Shown here: positions 31,520 through 39,453 of the stretch, piece by piece
Layout of the letters: each line of letters starts with the position of its first letter
How positions within the stretch are numbered: the first letter of the stretch is position 1
Source of the DNA: Catajapyx aquilonaris
Lineage: Eukaryota
Reading direction: 5' to 3'
Assembly: GCA_000934665.2 (NCBI GenBank)
Contig: KZ538937.1
Span: 1-39,453, forward strand
Length of the DNA stretch: 39,453 nucleotides
Translations under genes and position numbers: made by a program
Notes under the pieces: model-generated
The model's input: the letters and a program-made list of their open reading frames with translations, nothing else
Databases searched by the model: none
Told to the model about the DNA's origin: nothing

Positions 31520-34381
31520 ATGGCCCATTGCAGCACGATTGATCAGCCGGAAGATGATCAGAATATGGAAGATTCAGGGGATAAGGTACGTACAGGTTGT
31601 GGTTTAGCTAGCCTGGTATAGTCAATGGATGTGAGCCGATATAGGCAACGTGTGGAACGAGTGAATTATTGCTGTGATTGAACCAGAGGTAGGTGGAAAA
31701 GTTTGTTGTGATGTTCCAATTATTATCCATTGTTCTGTCAGCTTTGAATGTAGAGAGGGGGATAGTGCATGTACAAAGGGCGTTCAAAATAAGTTGCTAC
31801 ATGTATCGTATTTGATGGCATATAAGACACACCCCAATTAAAGCATATCATATTCAGGAAAAAAATGTTTTTAGTGTATTAGGCCTGCCGCAAACGGGGC
31901 AACTTGTGGGCAACAAGTTGCCCACCCAACTTGCATGCACAAGTTCCTTGTATAAACACGCCCTATCCATTTCAGCCCAAATATTCAACTTACATTGGTA
32001 ACTCCACTTTCTGCGCCATCTTGGAACCCTGCACGCCCGGGACCGGGCGACCGGCAACAAATTTCTTGCTTGCAAGAAATTTGTTGCCCGTCTGCAAGCG
32101 CAAGTTGCCACAGGAGAGAGCATGCGCTGATCCGTCCTGGGTGGGTGGGAAGGCAACTTGTTGACCGGTTTGGGGCAACATGTTGCCCCATTTGCGGCAG
32201 GCCTTAGTCATCTAGGGTGGAATTGAGATAGGTTGGTTAACTTATACACACTCATTGTCATCTACATGAAAATTTATGATAACTATCCTCAATGATGGGA
32301 AAGGGGTTGTTTTTGGACTGATTAGTGGAAAAGATAGCCGGCCTGTCCGCTAATTTTCGCCGTATGACCGATATCATCATGACTTAGGACCTCGTGTGCT
32401 TGCAAAATCAGCGGTTACAGGCATATCTGCTGTGGAACAATTTCCAGATGCCCATGCAGGACAAGATATTTTTGGAACAAACACAGATTTGTGTATGAAA
32501 TGGCACACACTGTCGCTACTGCACACTGGCAGAATACTGGTGGAATTCGAATACCCGAATATTAGCAGTGAATCTTTCGGGTCTCTCCTAAAAGTACCTT
32601 CAAAGTAGCTTACTGCCAAATAAGTGCTGCTCAGGCAGTGGCGGGAACTAGGGTAGTTCAGACGGTTCGGTCAAACTAGGGCCCCTGAGGTTTGGGGGCC
32701 CCTGGGCAACTGTCGCAAAAAAAAACAAAACAAAACAAAACATATTGTTCAAAAGAGAAGTGGCGCCGAGCCGTCCCCGAGATAGTCTCCAAATTTTCAG
32801 CATTTTGTGTGTGTGTGGGGGGGGGGGGGCTGTGTCGAGGTGAAAACGCACTATTCTGGAGGCATAGGGGCCCTGGTCAGGGGTGGGAGTGGCCCATTGA
32901 GAGTCGAGAAGGGCCCCATGGGCATGGCTAAGCGTCTACTAGGCTCTCTAGGGCCCCCCTTCTTTGCAACCTAAATAGAGGAATAAATTATTCTCAATTT
33001 TGGTCCGAAGAATGTGATACCGGTATGGTCTTCACTGGTAGGTGCATATGTAAGTGAAGTGGGGGGGGCTTCCGATACTTTCGAACTAGGGCCCCGCGCG
33101 GCTAGTTCCGCCACTGTGCTCAGGACTAACACCTGTCTTGATACACACTGTCATTACTTTATCATAATTCTGTTAAGTCAAATAATTGCATTCAGTGTAG
33201 AACTTTTTTTCCCCCACTGAGAATAGATTGTTGTTAATGCTGGGAGTTTTCAGTCTCATCATTGTGCACTGAAATGTTTGTTTATTCTTTGGCTGCAGGT
33301 GACCTCTGAATTGCCACGGGAAATGCAGGTGAAGATTTTCTCATACTTGCAAAAGCCACAAGTAATTGTTGCAGCACAGGCAAGTAAAGGCTGGCATAAA
33401 ATTGCCATGGATTCTGCACTCTGGAAACAAGTGTCGCTCAATGGCTCCAAGATGTCAGTGTCTGATGGTATCCAAGCTGTTTCTAGAATGACCATGTTGA
33501 AGAACCTGGAATTGTCAGATTGGAATGAAGGTGCTGAAGATATCCTTGATGTAGTTGCTGACACTGCTGCAAACCTACAATCAATGCAGTTGCGATGGGT
33601 GACTTTCTCCCAGAAGTCACCACTGGAGAACCTTGTGAAGCAGTGTTCCCGTTTGAAGCATGTCACCCTATGCTTCTGTAATTTCCCTCCTGGAAGTCCT
33701 CATCTATTGGACACATTGGCAGGGTGCCAAAATCTGCATCAAGTGAAGATGATCGACAACTGTGGGTTTGCACCCCCGGATAAGACACTGCCTAGAAACT
33801 GGGGAACTTTGAAGGAGGTCTACTTAAACATGGAAGGCTGGAACCCTTGCGATTCAGAGTTAGAGGTCATAGTAGCACATGCTGGAGGTAATGTAGCCAA
33901 ACTGTCAGCCATGAGGATTGCAAATCAAGAATCATATGCTAAGATTGTTGAGTGTCGCGAACTGCGCAATTTGCATCTAGTGTCCACAAGCACACTCACA
34001 GATGAGGCTCTCATTAGCGGCCTAGGTGACTTAAAGAATCTCGAGCTGTTGTCACTGCCTAGGGCAAAGAACATTTCCTCCCCAGTTTTGCATGCGTTTT
34101 TGTCAACGCCAGATGTGGTTTGCTCTCTGAAGTCACTTAATCTGTCCTCAAATAATGTTATGGCAGACAATCACTTGGAGCCTATTGGCTCGAACTGTCC
34201 TGATCTGACAAAGCTGTACCTCAATGATTGTAAGGGATTAAGTTCTTTTGCCTTGTTTACACTAGTCGAGAAGCTGCCAAAGTTGCAATTGCTGAGCCTC
34301 ACTGGTTGCACTCAGCTTCCAACGCTGCAGACACGCTCCATGTTTAAGCAGTTTTACCCAAGGGTGAGAGTTATTTTGTAA
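31520..34381 (+). CDS. F-box/leucine-rich-repeat (FBXL-type) protein, about 382 aa; join(31520..31585,33299..34381)
   Basis: Exon 33299-34381 is open for 360 aa: F-box (ELPREMQVKIFSYL...W...LW), then Cys-containing LRRs (e.g. CPDLTKLYLNDCKGLS, LPKLQLLSLTGCTQL). Upstream exon 31490-31585 has gccATGg and encodes MAHCSTIDQPEDDQNMEDSGDK. Its phase-0 donor gtacgt matches the phase-0 acceptor tgcag. The join itself is inferred. Confidence 0.88.
31882..32203. mobile_element. PIF/Harbinger-type MITE in the F-box gene intron
   Basis: TIR GGCCTGCCGCAAA(C/T)GGGGCAAC; TTA at 31879-31881 and 32204-32206. Confidence 0.9.
32388..32545 (+). pseudogene. Dead F-box exon inside the intron of the intact gene
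   Basis: VEQFPDA(+1 nt)MQDKIF...LCMKWHTLS parallels the intact TSELPREMQVKIF...SKGWHKIA; frameshifts and a TGA. Confidence 0.5.
32636..33116. mobile_element. hAT-type MITE in the F-box gene intron
   Basis: CAGTGGCGG(G)AACTAG termini; TSD TGCTCAGG at 32628-32635 and 33117-33124. Confidence 0.9.
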
Positions 34382-34608
34382 TAACCATTCTCTTCACAAC
34401 AGAGTTCCATGAGTGATCAGAAGATTTTGCATTCCTCCTCTGTTTTTAAAAAGGAAACATTTCAGTCGGGTGATTTTTTGCCAAATGTCCGATATACTTG
34501 TTACCTAAACCTGCATTTTTACTGATTCAGTAGTATTCCCTTATTTTATTCTCGAAGCCCTCTCAAATGAAGTCATAAAATTTAATAATAATAATAGTAA
34601 TGATAATA

Positions 34609-34689
34609 ATCGAGGGTGAAAGATCAGAAGTGCATATGATCCATTTGTTAACATTGGTTCATACTCCCTTCTGATCTTTCACCCTCGAT
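34609..34689. repeat. 81-bp hairpin downstream of the F-box/LRR stop
   Basis: Perfect 22-bp outer stem ATCGAGGGTGAAAGATCAGAAG, with imperfect pairing continuing to the centre. Confidence 0.88.
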
Positions 34690-35266
34690 ATGATAAAATC
34701 TCTGACTGCGCAGTGATGGGTTTTGATTGTGGGAGTTAACTAGAGAACCCTGAGAGAATCCATGTGATTATGAACAAGTGATTCCTGTGCAATCTTGGGG
34801 ATTGTATGTAGGGCTGTTGTGCTAACCACTGCAACTATTTGCTCCCCTCTTCAAAGAGATTTTGTGCAATAACAAAGTTTGATCCTGATATCCTGCAACG
34901 AAATTTTACGGCAATAGATGGCTATAAGGTGGTGCAGTGGTTACTGCCACAGCCTACCACTTAGGCCCTGAGTTGGACTACTGGATGAGACGGGGAATAA
35001 TTATCTCACATGAAAGCGTTTTGGTGGGTTCTGTCAGTGTTTGTGTAGGTCCTCTTGGGGATTCACCTATTTCTCTCATGATCAAAATCCATAAGCAGCA
35101 CAACAATTGAATAAAGTCGGATATTTAAATGAATATCCCCTATCATGAGATAAATTCTTTTTTGAAATTATTATTATTACTATTATTATTATTATTATTA
35201 TGTGTGAGGAGTGTAACAACTGTGTGTGTGCAACAGTGATTATTTTGTGTTCAAGCTGCAAGTGTA

Positions 35267-35500
35267 CAGGGTGTTCCAAGTATAGTGGTCTTCTTTAGGT
35301 ATTGCTAGTATGGCCTGAAGTAGTAATTTTTGTGTAGCTTGTTGAGCTCCAATTGAGGTACCCCATTACTTCATATGGTTGAATCTAGCAGTTTCTATGT
35401 AGCAGGTCCCCTTGATAGGGGCGCAACAAGCTAAACGAAAGGAACAACTTTGAGTGAAACTTATTGTAACTAAAGCAACCTGCGTACTGGGAACACCCTG
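35267..35500. mobile_element. Tc1/mariner-type MITE
   Basis: CAGGGTGTTCC.AGTA termini, TA flanks. Confidence 0.8.
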
Positions 35501-35948
35501 TATACTATAAAGGTTTTTTTGTTTTTTTGTCTTTTTAAACATTCCTATGATTTTTGAAATGTTTGCAGGCATAAGTGGTGCCAAACATGTTGCAGGATAA
35601 AGATGTGGCAAATCCTTAAGTAATACACTGTATGTGTTCCACTGAAGCAGGTATTAGTCTTCAGGATCCGCCAATTGGTCTATGTGTAGACCACGTTACT
35701 CATATTTATTCGGATGGCTGTGATCAATGTTCAAAGTGCCATTGATGCCAAACTATGTTGTTCTTTTTGGAGATAATTTAATATATATCTATACGGAGTG
35801 TTATAAAGCGGCGTTATCACCACAGCATCTGTTCTGATAATAAGACTGCTTGTATCCAGAATTATTGTGAGGAAGGTTCTTTCCTAGATGGTGATGCTCA
35901 GTATTCCTGTTTTCTTGAATATTTTGTATTGTGAAATAATTTTGTACT

Positions 35949-36070
35949 CTGTAATGTAGAGCCAATGACCCAATGAGGTCATGGAAAGCAGGTTTGGATA
36001 CCGCGCAAGGTCCAAATCCTATCGGGGTTATGTTCCATGACCTCACCAGGTCATTGGCTGTAAGTTACAG
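35949..36070. repeat. Inverted repeat / MITE core
   Basis: agccaatgacc...tgaggtcatggaa pairs with ttccatgacctca...ggtcattggct. Confidence 0.75.
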
Positions 36071-36185
36071 TAATCAGAAATAAATTGAGATGACTTGAAT
36101 CCTTGACAGTCTTAAACATGCTTACATACGCACTGCTGATGAGAAATTCAACGTGGAGATGTTAGCCTTTTGGTGGCTGCAGATA

Positions 36186-36706
36186 CGAGGGGCATTCAAT
36201 AAGTTTCAACCTATCATGCATAGGGAAAAGATTCCTTTAGAAAGTCACCATTATTATTCCACAAATCCCCCTGGCATGAATACATGTGATGTACTGTACT
36301 GATCATGAATCGACCAAATCCCCACAGCAATTATTTTTGTCCCCCTCACCCTCAAATCATCACTCCTTTGCCTGCTTCCAGTTCATAATCATATGCAAAA
36401 ATGCCTGCCATTCTGATCGTTTTCAGAATTTTGAGGAGGAAAAACTCATTATTATGAGGTCAGGTGAGTATGCTGGGTAGTGAAAGCAGTTCGAACCCAT
36501 ATCACAGCTTGGATGGAAACACCTGTTGTTTGGAAGCATTAGTCACCTTACGGACTACAATGCACTATGCCACAGTCTAATATGCTGACACATTGACATG
36601 GCATAGCTGTTATATAACTGAAGGATGATACTATCCTTTGCAATGCTTGCACAGCCATTAAACACAACATTCAAGGGTAGGATTTGAATTTTTTGAACAC
36701 CCCTCA
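36186..36706. mobile_element. Degraded mariner-type element
   Basis: TA-CGAGGGGCATTCAATAAGTT with inverted end aattttttgaacacccctca. Confidence 0.6.
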
Positions 36707-37187
36707 TGCACCATTGTGATCACTTCTTAGTCTGATTGCTTTGCCTATGTTTTATAACTTGCATGTAAATGAGGATTTTTGACAGCTGATTCTGAACATC
36801 ATCGATGAAATAGATTCCTTGAAATGTGGGGATCATATTTTATAAGGCAAACCGATATTTTAAAATTATACCATTATCACACTAGGTTCTTCGTTCACTA
36901 AGTCACTCTTGACCATGCTATAGTCAAGTTACTCACCCGTCTTCTTTCCTTACAACTCTGGTAGATGCAGTAATCTGCGATAAGGAAGCTGAGTGAGTGT
37001 GAATTGCACTGGCTGAACACTCCCTCCCGCAGGGCATGTCGGTTACAGAAATGAGGAGTGTGGTGGAAAAACCCACAAAAGTGTAATTTTTCAGGAGGGA
37101 ATTAAAGTTTGCATTCTCTTCACAAATCATAGGGAACGTTGGTTTTGATCTAGTCTGTGTGGCCATATTGTGCTTGATACATGAACT

Positions 37188-37533
37188 GTTGTTGTTTCCC
37201 CAGTAGGCCGTCTAGGCCCTTTCAGGGGGGTGGAATGCCACCATTTCACTCCATTTTTCTTGATTTAGCTTCAATCTCCCGTGCAAGGAGTGAAGGATGT
37301 AGGGTAGGGGTAAGGATTATTTTTGGGGAGGGAACATATAGGTGCAAGTGCATTGTCTCAAATTGGGTCATGTGCTGTTACCCAGGAGGTTAGGTTGCCA
37401 GACACCTCCAAGGCGCAGGCCAGAGACCCTCCTGACGCAGGTGAAAGGAAGTTCTCCAGGTGGGGATCGAACCTGGGGCCTTTCACTCGGCAAGCTGAGA
37501 CGTGACCATCTCGGCCATCTACTCCGGTCCCCT
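37188..37533 (-). mobile_element. SINE family C
   Basis: Colinear with 12395-12750; TSD CTTGATAC(A/C)TGAACT at 37173-37187 and 37534-37548. Confidence 0.9.
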
Positions 37534-37780
37534 CTTGATACCTGAACTTGGAGTATACCTAACTGTTTGTCATGTCTTTTACATAGTTGCTAGACTATGT
37601 TTAGGTCAAAATGACAAAAAATGAGGGTTATCACCTTTTTCCAACACACCCCTCAAATCTGCTGGCAGTTCAATCACTGCATAGTATTTGTATGAATTTT
37701 GTGATTATAGGGAATTACCCATGAGGTAGATCACACTGACATTTTCGTTGATACCCCACACCCACATCATGCATACATAG

Positions 37781-38560
37781 TGTATTGTTGGCTTGTTGGC
37801 ATGACTACCAGGTTGTCAACTGGCAGGCATTGTTGACAGTTCAGTAAACACTTGAGTTCCTAGAACATCAGACGTGTCTGCGACATCTCACCGGCCCATT
37901 CGAGGGCCGCTCAAGGGCTAACCACGGGCTAACATTGCATGGTGGCAGCGGTGGTGGCAATGGGGTGAACTGAGTCTACCCCTACTGTCGTTGGACAGTC
38001 ACAGTTCGAGGTCAGAGATGCCTTCTTGCAGCAGACATGGCGACGGACATCCTGCCCATTCCGACCTCTGGAACCTCTGGACTTGCAACGTCTTGATGCA
38101 TGGCCTCTTTGGAAGCTGTGGTTTCAGCAGTACCGTACACTATCCAAGTTAGACATGAAGCCAGCTGCCAAACAAGTGAATGCCCTGGTATATTCCATGG
38201 GATCTCAGGCGGAGGAACTACCTCAGCAGGCAGCCAAGAAGGTCAAGGAACTGGAGCTGCATGAGGTTCTGGAGCAGAGGAAGCACCGCAGCTTCAAGTC
38301 CTCCGTCAGGGTCTCTGGAGGAGGGTGGACCACGTGCCGTGGAGGACGCAGCCAGGACCTACAGCGCAGATGCCCATGGACACTGCCCCCTCCGACGCCC
38401 TGGCCGAAGCAGCTGTGGAAGTTGCACCAACTGACGCCTTCAGCTCCGAGGACCTACGTGACCAGAGCCACTGTGCCTCATACCGCCAGTACATGCTGGA
38501 GGCCCTTGCCCCCCAGACGAAGTAGTCCGGCTGCACCCTGAAGGACCTCCTGGGCTAGGT
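37781..38560 (+). mobile_element. Internally deleted Gypsy (Mag-like) LTR retrotransposon remnant
   Basis: PBS TGGTGGCAGCGGTGG at 37940-37954 (complement of a tRNA-Leu 3' end) follows a candidate TG...CA LTR. PLEPLDLQRLDAWPLWKLWFQQYRTLSKLD...QVNALVYSMG resembles the Mag-type Gag N-terminus. No 3' LTR seen. Confidence 0.8.
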
Positions 38561-38870
38561 GTTACATTATTGTGCAATTAAAGTGTATTGATTATTCTGG
38601 TTGAGTATGGTAACGTGGTGTAACCAGGGGTCTTTCGTTGTTTGTTGGGACCCATACCAAGATGAAAAAAGAGAAGGGCCTTCGAAAAGTTTATGAAACT
38701 CGATATAAGGGCTGAAATACCTGAATCTAATTATTGGGATATATATAATATGATTCCATCATTGCTACCAGCACTGCACCATTCAATGTGAGAATTGCCA
38801 CATTGCATTGCATGTAAAGTGAAGCAATGAGTGGAGAAAAAATTATACGGATTGTCCTCGAGTCCTGTAT

Positions 38871-39033
38871 CCTCCTGAGACCCGATGTCATCATATGCCG
38901 ACATCAGCAAAAAATAAAAATAAAAATAAAAATAAAAATAAAAAATGGCGCCAACAAAATAATGATGCCAACAGATCTGTTGGTATCCCATGATTACCAT
39001 CTGGCCTCGTAGCCAGCACCTATTGTGGAATAT
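38871..39033 (+). mobile_element. Truncated second copy of the 11097 element (left end only)
   Basis: cctcctgagacc...catatg.cgacatcagcaaaa...ggcgccaac...tggtatcccatg.ttac.atctggcctc is colinear with 11097-11240. Confidence 0.8.
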
Positions 39034-39224
39034 ATTATATTTGACAAATTCCATAATTATTTTCTCAAAAAGTCAAAATGGCAAGGATGTGACATTAGCA
39101 AGATAGACAAGGCGGATGATAAGCTCCCTGTGTGTGCTCCAAAGGCAAGTACTAACTATTTTGTGCACTTGAATAGGGATGACTTTTCACATAATGTCAT
39201 ATTTAATTTAAAATCGCACATTTA

Positions 39225-39453
39225 ACCGAAGCAGTGGTGGCGGAGGGGATATGGTATCCGACTGCTAATCGGGAGGTCCTGGGTTCGATCCCCGGGGCCG
39301 GCAACCCGCCTAACCGTGGTTTTCTGTGGTTTCCCACGGTCCCTCCAGGTAAATGCCGGGGTTGTTTCCTAAAATAATAGGCCACAGCCGCTTCCTTCCG
39401 TCCCTATCCTATCCCCAAAAGCGAAGTAAAAAGGCAAAGAAAGAGTTCCAGTC
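39225..39453 (+). mobile_element. SINE family A (cut by the window end)
   Basis: Near-identical to the 29178-29530 copy. Confidence 0.92.

Noticed and set aside
33278..33298. ORF-track start MFILWLQ for the F-box protein
   Set aside because: It begins at TTG inside a polypyrimidine tract ending in tgcag, so it is intronic; the exon starts at 33299.
34725..35080. Two very old SINE-like remnants
   Set aside because: Faint A/B-box resemblance only; no TSDs or second copy to confirm.

Overview
Eukaryotic genomic DNA, almost certainly arthropod and probably an insect or other hexapod, and very rich in repeats. (1) 2.0-18.9 kb (+): the last 12 coding exons of a draper/CED-1/MEGF10-11 engulfment receptor (EGF repeats, TM helix, NPxY, ITAM-like YxxI pair, YDHL tail). 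The GT-AG junctions join into one frame of 760 aa; the 5' end is outside the window. (2) 31.1-34.4 kb (+): an intact F-box/leucine-rich-repeat gene of about 382 aa. (3) 21.9-30.2 kb (-): at least three decayed paralogues of that F-box/LRR gene. The nearest is a head-to-head inverted duplicate, and a further dead F-box exon lies inside the intact gene's intron. (4) Many non-autonomous elements: three tRNA-headed SINE families with interchangeable 3' tails, about 20 MITEs (Tc1/mariner, PIF/Harbinger, hAT, piggyBac, Merlin-like), many palindromic over most of their length, a LINE 3' fragment and a Gypsy LTR remnant. I cannot show a wholly new system from sequence alone. The best leads are the F-box/LRR birth-and-death array, a candidate 6-nt stop-codon micro-exon in draper's signalling tail, SINE tail exchange, a 3-4 level nested insertion and an ATAT-target piggyBac-like MITE. 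All alignments were done by eye.
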